In this document: positions 1-9,104 of the stretch, one piece after another
Layout of the letters: each line of letters opens with the position of its first letter
Position numbering within the stretch: the first letter of the stretch is position 1
Origin: Proteus phage 10
DNA length: 40,000 nucleotides
Sequence record: MT661596.1
Strand: one strand, 5' to 3'
Program-made: the position numbers and the translations under genes
The notes under the pieces: model-generated
What the model was told of the DNA's origin: nothing
The model's database searches: none
Seen by the model: only the letters and a program-made list of their open reading frames with translations

Positions 1-1
1 A

Positions 2-622
2 TTACCATCAGTTGCTATTGTTATTGGCACTACAGGTTCTAAAACTGAAGTACAAAATAGCATCGATACGTTGAAGTCATTATCCGGTGTTTGTAAAGCT
101 TCTAAGTTACCATTAGTCATGGTCTACCTTGAAGTTAACCAACATAACAGCCAAGCTGATGTTGACCGTCAGGTTACTGCAGCTATTACCCAACTGCTTA
201 GCTTGTTCGACTCACATGCATCAGGTCTAGACTACAAAGATATCACTAACTTACTGCAATACACTAATATTCGCGGTGGTGTGGAATCTCTGATGTCTAT
301 GGATATTTACATCGATAACGACATTGAAGCTATTACAGGTTCGTTCCCACCATCTATGGCGACTGTGTATAAAGATGATGAACGTCCATCTCTTCCTGTC
401 ACTCCTGGTTATCATGCAACCGGCACTCGTGATAAATCCGTGACTGATGAACGCATGAAAGTAACCATTCACTTTGTTATCACTGAACCACCTGTGAAAG
501 AGCATTTTGATGGTTTGGAAACCCGCCTTAAAAATATCATCGATGGTGAAAACGCTGTTGGCAACATCGCCGGTGTTTTAAGCGACGACGATGAAGTTGA
601 TGGTTTAGGTATGGTACTGTAA
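2..622 (+). CDS. phuZ: PhuZ-like phage tubulin/FtsZ homolog, C-terminal part (5' end outside window)
   Basis: Frame is open to the left edge (LPSVAIVIGTTGSKTEVQNSIDTLKSL...), so the listed start at 71 is internal. Matches the remembered PhuZ C-terminal half: N-IDTxKxL, DxxDxxNxxxxT, late strand ERMKVTIHFVI, and acidic tail SDDDEVDGLGMVL resembling DADDNVDEDGMVV of phage 201phi2-1 PhuZ. Confidence 0.87.
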   Translation, partial: LPSVAIVIGTTGSKTEVQNSIDTLKSLSGVCKASKLPLVMVYLEVNQHNSQADVDRQVTAAITQLLSLFDSHASGLDYKDITNLLQYTNIRGGVESLMSMDIYIDNDIEAITGSFPPSMATVYKDDERPSLPVTPGYHATGTRDKSVTDERMKVTIHFVITEPPVKEHFDGLETRLKNIIDGENAVGNIAGVLSDDDEVDGLGMVL

Positions 623-743
623 TAAGTATTATATGTGAGATAAGTTGCGGTGATGGGGTTTCGTCATGGGATGGGTTCCTTTTTCCTGTCATCGCAACAC
701 CATTCGCCGTGGACTCATGACCATTTCGATGTTTGTGTGAAAT

Positions 744-776
744 ACACCCCACCCAAACCGGGTGGGGTGTTATGCC
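744..776 (+). terminator. Hairpin (ACACCCCACC/GGTGGGGTGT) followed by TTATGCC
   Basis: Perfect 10-bp stem 744-753/761-770 with TTATGCC 770-776. Confidence 0.6.
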
Positions 777-796
777 GCATCGGAAATAATTATATT

Positions 797-806
797 CCTA
801 CATTAT
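797..806 (+). promoter_or_regulatory. Promoter-like motif CCTACATTAT
   Basis: Member of the recurring intergenic CCTAYATTAY set. Confidence 0.45.
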
Positions 807-838
807 GTTAGAGAGAGCCTCTTGTAAAGTAGTAATAA

Positions 839-848
839 CCTACATTAT
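839..848 (+). promoter_or_regulatory. Promoter-like motif CCTACATTAT
   Basis: 49 nt upstream of the ORF at 898; member of the recurring motif set. Confidence 0.5.
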
Positions 849-897
849 TCGGCAATCTATAAGGAGTAGTAACCTTAACATTAAGTAATGGAGCAAT

Positions 898-2406
898 ATG
901 ACTATGTTTAACGCAAACGTCTTTGTGGTTGATTTAGGCGAGCATATACAACACGTTCAGTCCGTAGCACCGTGGGTAAATGGAATACCTTTATCATATC
1001 ATCAAGCTTATGCGATAGTTAAAGCAATACATGATGAAGTGTACTCGAACATCTTTACATGGAATCGATTACCTAACATAATCGACGAAAGTTTTGAGGC
1101 TATCTATCCGCCAGACTCATTGTACGAATATGTTCAGATGAGTGATGGTTCGTTAGAGAAAGTACAATCATCTTGGCTGGCGAACATCTATTTAAATGTT
1201 GTTGACCCAATAATGCTTAAAATAGATGAAGAGGTCTCAAAGGGTGTTATCACCCGTAGATTCAATCGTTGGGAGTTTGCTTATATCGCAAACGCAGTAA
1301 CTTACAGGTTAACCTCAGACAAACCTGTTGTTAGCAATAAACCAAAGATGCTACCTCGTAGCGATTTTGATAATGCTAATCGAAACGTCATGAATATAAT
1401 CAATAGACAGGAGAAATTAGTAAAACGTGTTGAACATGATTATCGCTTAGGTAATGGCGAAGATATCAGGTTTCATAATTTTGTGGCTGAGCTGGTTAAC
1501 ACAACCCCACCAAACTCCGAAGTTAATATACAGTTAAATCACCACCATCAAGTAAACCCAGCCCCACTTATTAAATTTATCAAAGAATCGTTTAAAACCT
1601 ATAACCCGACTATTGATGTAAAAGTGGTAACGGGTTTTGTATCTCTCTCGCCAGAAGAACTTGCTAGACAAGCTCTTAATAACGATTACAAATCTCAGCG
1701 AGCTATAAGGGATTTCCAGTTAACAGGCAAAGAACAATGGTATAACCTAAATCTACCATCGACCATAGATGAAGAAGATAACCATATAGAACAAGTAATT
1801 GTAAAACGTGAAAGACCCGATATGAACACACCTTCTTTAGGATGGGTGGTCACAGGACTTCGTAATTTAGCAAATACACTAGTCATTAAAAATCAGTTTG
1901 GTTATGAAGAGCATTACATGCTGTTATCTTTAGCACCATACTTAGTATTAGAAAAAGGGGATGAGTCACCTATAAGGGAAGAAGAATTAAATCTTTTCAA
2001 TAAGACCATATCAGATATAGACCCAGATGCATTGTTCTGGTATAGACTTATTATGAAGGAAGTCGGATTACTGGTATATAAGTATGGTGAGGTCAATACA
2101 AGCCAAAACATGCTTGCTACACCACCACCCCAGTTATCTGTACAGGCAGTTAAATTTCTTATTAATGATGTCTTGCAAGAGATGGTCGAGACAAAGGAGT
2201 TTAATAATGATTCTTTTATGCGTTGTGCGTATATAGACCCTAGGTTAGTAATGGCTATAGATGATGAACCAACACCACCAGATGAAATAGCGTCGATGTT
2301 TGGTTGCGTGAGAATTAAACCATCGCCTGATAAACCTCACACCTATATACAGTTAACCACCCCAAAAATGTATCTTCGGTTACAGAGAACAATTATGAGT
2401 TTATAG
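898..2406 (+). CDS. Hypothetical protein (502 aa)
   Basis: Long ORF starting ATG, preceded by promoter-like motifs and followed closely by the small-ORF array. Confidence 0.85.
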   Translation: MTMFNANVFVVDLGEHIQHVQSVAPWVNGIPLSYHQAYAIVKAIHDEVYSNIFTWNRLPNIIDESFEAIYPPDSLYEYVQMSDGSLEKVQSSWLANIYLNVVDPIMLKIDEEVSKGVITRRFNRWEFAYIANAVTYRLTSDKPVVSNKPKMLPRSDFDNANRNVMNIINRQEKLVKRVEHDYRLGNGEDIRFHNFVAELVNTTPPNSEVNIQLNHHHQVNPAPLIKFIKESFKTYNPTIDVKVVTGFVSLSPEELARQALNNDYKSQRAIRDFQLTGKEQWYNLNLPSTIDEEDNHIEQVIVKRERPDMNTPSLGWVVTGLRNLANTLVIKNQFGYEEHYMLLSLAPYLVLEKGDESPIREEELNLFNKTISDIDPDALFWYRLIMKEVGLLVYKYGEVNTSQNMLATPPPQLSVQAVKFLINDVLQEMVETKEFNNDSFMRCAYIDPRLVMAIDDEPTPPDEIASMFGCVRIKPSPDKPHTYIQLTTPKMYLRLQRTIMSL

Positions 2407-2415
2407 GAATATCCA

Positions 2416-2766
2416 ATGCCTTTAATCATAGACCAAAAACATGTACTATGGCGCTACCTGGATATGAATAAAGTTGCAGACCCAATGATAGTTTATGCTT
2501 TAAACGATTTAATAAGGCATACAGCGTATGAGGCCGTGGACATGGAGTCCACGGTTGATGATTTGGGCTCTACTTTGTATCTAACAAGCAAGGGTATGCC
2601 CGCTACCTCAATCACAAATATGGTAACTGAGTTAAAAGATACAGTGCGTAATTGTTATATGACAGCAACAACACCGGAAGAGCGTAACATCGGTATAAGA
2701 GAGGTTACCGTGGACGCTGAATTCCAAGTTCATATACGTACAGGATTAGACCCATATGCAGTGTGA
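2416..2766 (+). CDS. Hypothetical protein, small-ORF array member 1
   Basis: ORF 116 aa, 9 nt after the previous stop, overlaps the next ORF. Confidence 0.8.
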   Translation: MPLIIDQKHVLWRYLDMNKVADPMIVYALNDLIRHTAYEAVDMESTVDDLGSTLYLTSKGMPATSITNMVTELKDTVRNCYMTATTPEERNIGIREVTVDAEFQVHIRTGLDPYAV

Positions 2767-3118
2767 TAACCAATTAATCGTTGATTGCGGACATATCAAG
2801 GATTTATTAATTTATAAATATGGTGTAGATAAAGAGTCTGCAAGTGCCTTTATGGTATCTGGGTATAGCTATGCAGTTGATAACCAGTACATAGAGCCTA
2901 TGCTTACAATTGATGCTGCAGAGACATTGGGTGTTACTACGATAAGTAAGTTAACATCTTTAGTCGGTAATATGGTTAAGGAGTTAATTGACAAACCTAT
3001 ATCTGATGTTGCTAAAAAGCATCCTGACTATGTGGTCGGTATCGACTTTGAAGTGAATGGGGATGCTGTGTTATTAAACTTAAACTATTCTGAGTTAGAG
3101 GATGAATGTGATGAGTAA
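2756..3118 (+). CDS. Hypothetical protein, small-ORF array member 2
   Basis: ORF 120 aa overlapping both neighbours; C-terminal helix plus YVVGIDFEVNGDAVLLNL hairpin. Confidence 0.8.
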   Translation: MQCDNQLIVDCGHIKDLLIYKYGVDKESASAFMVSGYSYAVDNQYIEPMLTIDAAETLGVTTISKLTSLVGNMVKELIDKPISDVAKKHPDYVVGIDFEVNGDAVLLNLNYSELEDECDE

Positions 3119-3551
3119 CCCAAACGGGCTACCACCACAGGTTGTGTATAACACCCGGTTAATTATGGACATCAATGACTTTCTCTGGACTAATCCAGGG
3201 GAGGTCATGTCCATGTTTAGCATGGACGATGTATTAGAATTATTTTATACTGTTATGCAACAATCTATTGGTGAAGCTTATTACCACACAGAGTATATTT
3301 ACGAGTGGGTGGATTCTGTTCTTGGTTTCGGTGTTTACGATGAAGGTGATTCAGACCTGGCATTAACACTTGACTATATCCATACCGTCTATCGTAATTT
3401 AGAAACGGCGTTTTATGATTTTATCAGAAACAATATAGTTTTGATAAACGCGACTTTTGGTCAAGTTCTAGCTAATGATTCTATTATGTTAACTGTGAAA
3501 CAATTGTACAAATCACAAAATATTGTAATGGAGTTTCAAAGTGGAGAATAA
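3102..3551 (+). CDS. Hypothetical protein, small-ORF array member 3
   Basis: ORF 149 aa overlapping both neighbours. Confidence 0.8.
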   Translation: MNVMSNPNGLPPQVVYNTRLIMDINDFLWTNPGEVMSMFSMDDVLELFYTVMQQSIGEAYYHTEYIYEWVDSVLGFGVYDEGDSDLALTLDYIHTVYRNLETAFYDFIRNNIVLINATFGQVLANDSIMLTVKQLYKSQNIVMEFQSGE

Positions 3552-3954
3552 ACCCTATAACCCCTTACATGTTATTATAATGGAACTCGCCCCTTACTGG
3601 GATGATATTAATAATCTATATATGGCATCGGTTATGTCAGTCCTAGACACCTTGGATAATGTAATACATAACACTTGTGTGGCATACGCGTTAGATTCAA
3701 TAGAGCCGGGAGATGGACTGACTTATATAGACGCTTATTTATACAACCCATTCGAATGCGATGTTAAAAGTTTTGAAGTTGAGGAAGCAGCAACTGATTT
3801 TATAGATTATATTTATCAAGGTCTTGTTGCTTTCAATAAGTTCATATTAGCAAATAACTATATCGGTGGTTTAGTAGACGTAAGTTATAATCGCGTCGAT
3901 AAATCAGTTAACTTTATATATGGTGGTGAATCAAATGCAAATCGTCACGGTTAA
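3541..3954 (+). CDS. Hypothetical protein, small-ORF array member 4
   Basis: ORF 137 aa; GGLVDVSYNRVDKSVNFIY hairpin near the C terminus. Confidence 0.8.
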   Translation: MENKPYNPLHVIIMELAPYWDDINNLYMASVMSVLDTLDNVIHNTCVAYALDSIEPGDGLTYIDAYLYNPFECDVKSFEVEEAATDFIDYIYQGLVAFNKFILANNYIGGLVDVSYNRVDKSVNFIYGGESNANRHG

Positions 3955-4363
3955 CCTAGTTTTAGAAGTATCCCCCGAAGAGATGAATAAAATGCATGCG
4001 ATTGCGCAGCGCAGGTTGTTAGAGATTGTTAACGTACCTTTACAACTCCTCATCTATATAGGGTATAATGAACTGACCATTGGTAAAACAATATCCCCCG
4101 AACAAGTCGATGGGATAGATGTGCTGATACCTCGCATCTTTACAGAAGTACCCCCCATAAATCATGATGATATAAAGCAAGCCATTATTGAAATAACCGC
4201 TGTTACCTTTAAGAAGTTTCTAAACCTCATAGACACATCCATGCTAGATTTACCCGCTGTGCTGGAGACTGTCACTGTATCAGGTACTGCAATAATGACG
4301 CAATTCAAAACATATAGGGAAGAACGTCAATGCAATTGGTCTTACTCGATTTCACCCCAATAA
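3935..4363 (+). CDS. Hypothetical protein, small-ORF array member 5
   Basis: ORF track starts at 3920; second Met (MQIVTVNLVL) at 3935 is also plausible. Confidence 0.75.
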   Translation: MQIVTVNLVLEVSPEEMNKMHAIAQRRLLEIVNVPLQLLIYIGYNELTIGKTISPEQVDGIDVLIPRIFTEVPPINHDDIKQAIIEITAVTFKKFLNLIDTSMLDLPAVLETVTVSGTAIMTQFKTYREERQCNWSYSISPQ

Positions 4364-4713
4364 AGGAACGTATAAATCACACATTAACACTTATGTCTGA
4401 CTGTTCAGTGAGTAGGCAAACTATCGCAAAAGCAATGTTTCAAGAAAACCCACTGAGTATTTCTCCAGCTAATTCAATTTATTATATTACTAATTATTAT
4501 AACCTAACAGAAGGCGACGCAATGAAAGTAAAACACGTTGCCTACACTATGCTTAATTATGTAAAATCTCAAATAGAGATACCAACTAATATGAAGTTAG
4601 TGTGCCTAGGGTTTCAAAGAGATATAGGTGTATTTGTATGTGGTGATGCGTCAATTGATGAAATAGTCAGCAGTCACCAAGTATTATTAAATCAATTAAT
4701 GAATGGTTATTAA
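4330..4713 (+). CDS. Hypothetical protein, small-ORF array member 6
   Basis: ORF 127 aa; NMKLVCLGFQRDIGVFVCG hairpin. Confidence 0.75.
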   Translation: MQLVLLDFTPIKERINHTLTLMSDCSVSRQTIAKAMFQENPLSISPANSIYYITNYYNLTEGDAMKVKHVAYTMLNYVKSQIEIPTNMKLVCLGFQRDIGVFVCGDASIDEIVSSHQVLLNQLMNGY

Positions 4714-4721
4714 GGTGCTCT

Positions 4722-5033
4722 ATGGTTATTATCGATGAATCGAAAACGATGGCTGCTGCGGTAGGTTTAATCAAAGACGCATTAATGGGCGACGATAAAC
4801 CATTCGCGACATTATCAGAAATTAATGAGTGTATGGTTGAACTTACACAACACTATATTGACTACAGTCCAATTGAGTTTATACCTGATGAATTAAAGGA
4901 TGCGTACAGACCATTTTATGTAGGCGCTTGTGAACTACTCTCCAGGTTCAGTATTCCGGTGACGTCACTGTCAACAATACTTTCGACCAGTGGGAGTGAT
5001 GGGTTCTGTATGTTATTGATTGAGGATGAGTGA
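4722..5033 (+). CDS. Hypothetical protein, small-ORF array member 7
   Basis: ORF 103 aa; stop overlaps the next start. Confidence 0.8.
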   Translation: MVIIDESKTMAAAVGLIKDALMGDDKPFATLSEINECMVELTQHYIDYSPIEFIPDELKDAYRPFYVGACELLSRFSIPVTSLSTILSTSGSDGFCMLLIEDE

Positions 5034-5443
5034 TGAGCTACGCTGATTTAAAACCTAAAGAAACGGTAGATTTTGTTGTTGACGCTCCGCAGATAGTCGG
5101 GACCGGATTTGAAAACGTGTATATACTAGGTGAAATTGACTCTACAACAGCAATTGCACTTGGTGATGACGTGTATGCTAAGCATCGTAATATTTACCCG
5201 TTTATTAAAGATAAGCCTGGTGTGGCTGATAACCCTGATTCTTACATGTATATTAGGGTTAAGAAACTTAATGGCTCTGTTGTCATTCTTGGTAAGCCGT
5301 GGATACGCGAAGAAAGTATCAAGGTGGTCAAACGTAAAAACATCAGTGTTTATATTCCAGACGTAGGTGCTGAAGATGTTAATATTGTTAAAGCTGCTCT
5401 TGAGTCTAACGGTTATCCAAATGCCGTGGTCAAACTCGTGTAA
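5033..5443 (+). CDS. Hypothetical protein
   Basis: ORF with ATG at 5033 (track start 5030 is GTG), overlapping the previous TGA. Confidence 0.75.
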   Translation: MSYADLKPKETVDFVVDAPQIVGTGFENVYILGEIDSTTAIALGDDVYAKHRNIYPFIKDKPGVADNPDSYMYIRVKKLNGSVVILGKPWIREESIKVVKRKNISVYIPDVGAEDVNIVKAALESNGYPNAVVKLV

Positions 5444-5450
5444 TGGTAAA

Positions 5451-5491
5451 ACCCGCACCCATGTTGGTGCGGGTGTTATGTTCATTTTTTT
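5451..5491 (+). terminator. Hairpin followed by TTATG and a T-run
   Basis: ACCCGCACC...GGTGCGGGT stem, then GTTATGTTCATTTTTTTTTTG; immediately downstream of the stop at 5443. Confidence 0.8.
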
Positions 5492-5566
5492 TTTGTCGTT
5501 AATTCCTAACATAAGCAGTTAATCATTTAGACGAATATTAACTGAAACCATTATTGAGGATTTGTA

Positions 5567-7714
5567 ATGGACTTATTCATTAAAGATGCCTCTGAGTACA
5601 AGAGAGATTTAAGGATTTCACACCACTACGTGGAAGCAAACGCAACAGCTATTCGATTAGCAACTAATTGCTCAATGGAAGAAGCTAGAGAATTTGTAAA
5701 GAAAACAACAGGTCCTGGAGGTAAACACGAGCTTAAAGACCCTAAGGTCAAGGTGTTAGTCCGTGGTAAAAACGGTGACCGTTCATTACAGTACACAACT
5801 TTTAACAAATTCTTAGGTGCTGTAGAAAAACGTAATGCAATCCTTAGCCCATCTTTAACTGCGTATCTACATCCAGATGAGAAGATATCTCAATACTCGG
5901 TAGCAACAGATGCCAACATAAAGGCACGTAAAGTAATAAAGAAAGAGATGTTTGCCGCAGAAGCTGTTCACGATAAAGAAACAGCTGCTATGAAAGACAT
6001 TCTCCAAACGGGTCGTAAGTTAACTAACAACGGTATGTCTGGTGGGTTCTGTACAGCATCCACACCGTTCTTCTGCCGTTCTGCACATAGTTCGTTAACT
6101 TCTTGTTGTCGTTCCGCTACATCGTCGACAAACGCTTTTAATGAGAAGTATCTGGCAGGAAACAGACACTATCATTCACCTGATATTGTTATTGAGAATA
6201 TATCAACAATCATTAATAACTCAGATTTTGTTGCTATTAAAGAAGCAATGGATTACCATAATCTGAAATACCCGACGGTAGAACAGACAATGGCGTGTAT
6301 CTATCGCTCGACTAGACGTTATTGGACTGACCGTAAACACATGCAATATATAAGTTGTATTGTTGGTAATATGTCTGATTTGGAACGTGCGGCATTTATG
6401 TTCACAAGTGACATGTATCACTTACGTGAAGTTAACCCAGAGTTTGTAAAACAATTTTTATTGGAATTGGCAGAAAGAACTCTGGAACCTTGTTTAGACG
6501 ACGTTGTAATGTCTGATGGTGATAGTCGAGTGTTAGCAACAATGAAATGTGCCGACGAAATTGTTGTTGTTGGTCGTGAGTTAAAAGCTAACCGTAAAGA
6601 GGGTGAAAAAGATGTCGACCCTGCATCGACAGAACAGGTAAAACAACTGTTGAAAGCAAACTACCTGTTGTCTCAAAAGAATGTAATGAAGTATAAGCCC
6701 TATATTCGTGCATTCCTTGTGACACCTAATACACCATCATCTATTGCAATGATGCCGTTCCACGTCCGTGAGACAGTGTTAGCGTCAGACACGGATAGTT
6801 CTATCTTCACAGAGCAAGAGTGGATAGACTGGCTAGAACCTAATTATGAGAACCGTCAGCAACGTATCCAGATTAACGCAGCTGTGACGTTCTTGGTATC
6901 ACAACAAGTTGTTCATTTACTCGCCATTATATCAGGTAACATCGGTGTCCCAGATGAGCATCTGTTTAGACTGACAATGAAGAACGAGTATTTCTTTGAA
7001 TCGTTTGTCTTGACTAATATGGGTAAACACTATTTTGCAACAATGGCCGCTCGTGAAGGTAACTTCTATGACGAACCTAAGCTTGAACTCAAAGGTGTTC
7101 ATTTAAGGAACTCTAACGTACCAAAAGAAATAAGAACCCGAGGTAATAAAATCATCAATCAGATTCTTGATAAATCAAATAGCAATCAGCAATTTTCAGT
7201 AACTGAGCTATTGAATCAGGTTGGTGAAATAGAGCGTTATATTTACAACTCTATCCGTTCTGGTGAAACTGTGTTCTTAGCAAAAACAACTGTTAAGGAT
7301 AAAGAGTCATATACAAAACCATTAAGTAATAACTACTATTATTATTTGATGTGGCAAGAAGTTTTTGCACAGAAGTATGGTGACGCGCCTCCATTACAGT
7401 ACATTGGTCTTAAAGCGAAGTGTGGACTTACGTCCAAGTCAGCTATTAATGATTGGTTGGATGAGTTAGAAGACCAGGCATTAGCAGACCGCATGCGTAA
7501 ATTCCTCACTAAGTACAATAAAGACAAAATAACACAAATTGTAATGCCAGCCGATATCGTAATGAACACCGGTGTTCCTTCAGAAATTATTGAAGCTATC
7601 AATATCCGTGGTTTAATTATGGAAAACATCGGTATGGTGTATAGTTGTTTAGAATCATTAGGTTTGTATTTTGTTAACCCTAATAGCACACGTCTAGTAT
7701 CTGACGAACATTAA
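5567..7714 (+). CDS. Family-B-like DNA polymerase, fingers/palm/thumb part
   Basis: Motif B-like RKLTNNGMSGGF...HSSLTSCCR; motif C ASDTDSSIF; KxY/KG region NMGKHYFATMA...DEPKLELKGVHLRNSNVPKEIR. No motif A (DxxSLYP) or exonuclease motifs found in this ORF. Confidence 0.78.
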   Translation: MDLFIKDASEYKRDLRISHHYVEANATAIRLATNCSMEEAREFVKKTTGPGGKHELKDPKVKVLVRGKNGDRSLQYTTFNKFLGAVEKRNAILSPSLTAYLHPDEKISQYSVATDANIKARKVIKKEMFAAEAVHDKETAAMKDILQTGRKLTNNGMSGGFCTASTPFFCRSAHSSLTSCCRSATSSTNAFNEKYLAGNRHYHSPDIVIENISTIINNSDFVAIKEAMDYHNLKYPTVEQTMACIYRSTRRYWTDRKHMQYISCIVGNMSDLERAAFMFTSDMYHLREVNPEFVKQFLLELAERTLEPCLDDVVMSDGDSRVLATMKCADEIVVVGRELKANRKEGEKDVDPASTEQVKQLLKANYLLSQKNVMKYKPYIRAFLVTPNTPSSIAMMPFHVRETVLASDTDSSIFTEQEWIDWLEPNYENRQQRIQINAAVTFLVSQQVVHLLAIISGNIGVPDEHLFRLTMKNEYFFESFVLTNMGKHYFATMAAREGNFYDEPKLELKGVHLRNSNVPKEIRTRGNKIINQILDKSNSNQQFSVTELLNQVGEIERYIYNSIRSGETVFLAKTTVKDKESYTKPLSNNYYYYLMWQEVFAQKYGDAPPLQYIGLKAKCGLTSKSAINDWLDELEDQALADRMRKFLTKYNKDKITQIVMPADIVMNTGVPSEIIEAINIRGLIMENIGMVYSCLESLGLYFVNPNSTRLVSDEH

Positions 7715-7719
7715 CAAAC

Positions 7720-7754
7720 GGCATAAGGTAGATACCATTAATCTGGTATCTACC
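7720..7754 (-). terminator. Hairpin with adjacent TTATGCC on the minus strand (GGCATAA on plus) at a convergent junction
   Basis: GGCATAA 7720-7726, then GGTAGATACC...GGTATCTACC (7727-7754). Lies between the stops of the + gene (7714) and the - gene (7764). Confidence 0.65.
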
Positions 7755-7763
7755 TGAGCCATA

Positions 7764-8894
7764 CTAGAGGAGTAATCGTTTTATATTGGAGTATTCCGCC
7801 TTTATAAACAACTTAGTTTGTTCTGGCGGGTTTACAAAACCAAACAGATTGTCCTGCTTAATGTTTTGCATAGAACGTTTAATTCTATTAATTGCAATAC
7901 CGTTCTTATTAGGTCCTTTAAATGAGTTGTTCAAATCAAGTAGGAAACTAATTATTTCCATGCGAGCAATAACTTTAACCCATCGCGATTGCCTGTGGTC
8001 TAGCTCACTAGGTAACGCAATTGTACTTCTACCATCTCTCCAAACAGTGGGTAGATGATTTAGTACATCTTCAAAATAACGAGGGGTTCTACGAAGCTCT
8101 GGTATTAAATATGAGAAGACCAAATCCATTTGATGTACTTCTTGTTCGTCCAACCAAAACGGTGTTCTTACGTAAGGTGTGTTGCTTACGACACCGTCGT
8201 TCTCATAGTAGTCTATTGCTCGGTTAATAATAGCGATATCATTATGTGATTTCAATAAGTTAACCATAGGGTACTGAACAACAAACCGACGAATAGTGTC
8301 CATTCCAATCTTAGGTTCAACATCACCCTCACATTCACGCTTAAACCACATAGTGAATTGTAACATAAGTAACCCTATATCTATAGAGAATACTGCTGTG
8401 CCAAAATCACCTAATCTACCAGCATCACCTAACTGTATATAAGTAGGTACGTTAAACGGGTGCATGTGTACTTTGACTGGTTCTAAATCTTCCCAGTTAA
8501 AGTAATGGTCTTCAGACCAAGGTGTTTTACGTAAATAGATAAACTCATCAACACCTTTGCCATAAAACTGTCTAGAGAAGTTAGCACCTTTGTTGTTATC
8601 TGTGGTTAACCCAACCGCGTTACCAAATCGGTTTGAGTTCTCACTAATGGTGATGTAGTATTTTTCTACATCATCGATAGATAATTGTGAAAGGATAAAC
8701 TCTGGCTTTAGCATCGGTGTGTTATTAAGTAGAGTAACCAGCACATGTTGTTTATAAATGGTGAGTGTTCTGTTTCTATAATACTCGACAGAACGTTGGT
8801 GATTAGCTTTAGCTATCTTTACCAATCGGTCAGAACGAGGAGTAAGGAACTTACCATACTGTATCTCTGTTGGTTCATTAAATAGAGTGTGCAT
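7764..8894 (-). CDS. Hypothetical protein (376 aa)
   Basis: Long ORF; SD-like GAGGAAAT upstream of ATG; no recognised motif. Confidence 0.8.
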   Translation of the reverse strand: MHTLFNEPTEIQYGKFLTPRSDRLVKIAKANHQRSVEYYRNRTLTIYKQHVLVTLLNNTPMLKPEFILSQLSIDDVEKYYITISENSNRFGNAVGLTTDNNKGANFSRQFYGKGVDEFIYLRKTPWSEDHYFNWEDLEPVKVHMHPFNVPTYIQLGDAGRLGDFGTAVFSIDIGLLMLQFTMWFKRECEGDVEPKIGMDTIRRFVVQYPMVNLLKSHNDIAIINRAIDYYENDGVVSNTPYVRTPFWLDEQEVHQMDLVFSYLIPELRRTPRYFEDVLNHLPTVWRDGRSTIALPSELDHRQSRWVKVIARMEIISFLLDLNNSFKGPNKNGIAINRIKRSMQNIKQDNLFGFVNPPEQTKLFIKAEYSNIKRLLL

Positions 8895-9032
8895 TATTTC
8901 CTCGATAGTGAGTGGTTTGTAAAATAATACTTACCACATTATTATATGTAGAGATAAATCTACTGACTCCTCTTAGCGAGGAGTCTTCCAGCAGACAGTG
9001 TGTCATTTTACAACAATCCAAAAATTTACATC

Positions 9033-9042
9033 CCTATATTAC
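9033..9042 (+). promoter_or_regulatory. Promoter-like motif CCTATATTAC
   Basis: Contains TATATTAC, as reported for phiKZ early promoters; 63 nt upstream of the ORF at 9105. Confidence 0.6.
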
Positions 9043-9104
9043 TAAGGTGTAATGCGAGAGTATTATACATTAGCTAATGTGAATTAATTAAAAGGAACCC
9101 AAAG

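Noticed and set aside
71-71. TTG at 71 as the start of the first CDS
   Set aside because: Frame is open to the window edge and the upstream residues align with PhuZ, so the true start lies outside.
7786-8227. Plus-strand ORFs 7786..8058 and 8021..8227
   Set aside because: Fully antisense to the 376-aa minus-strand CDS.
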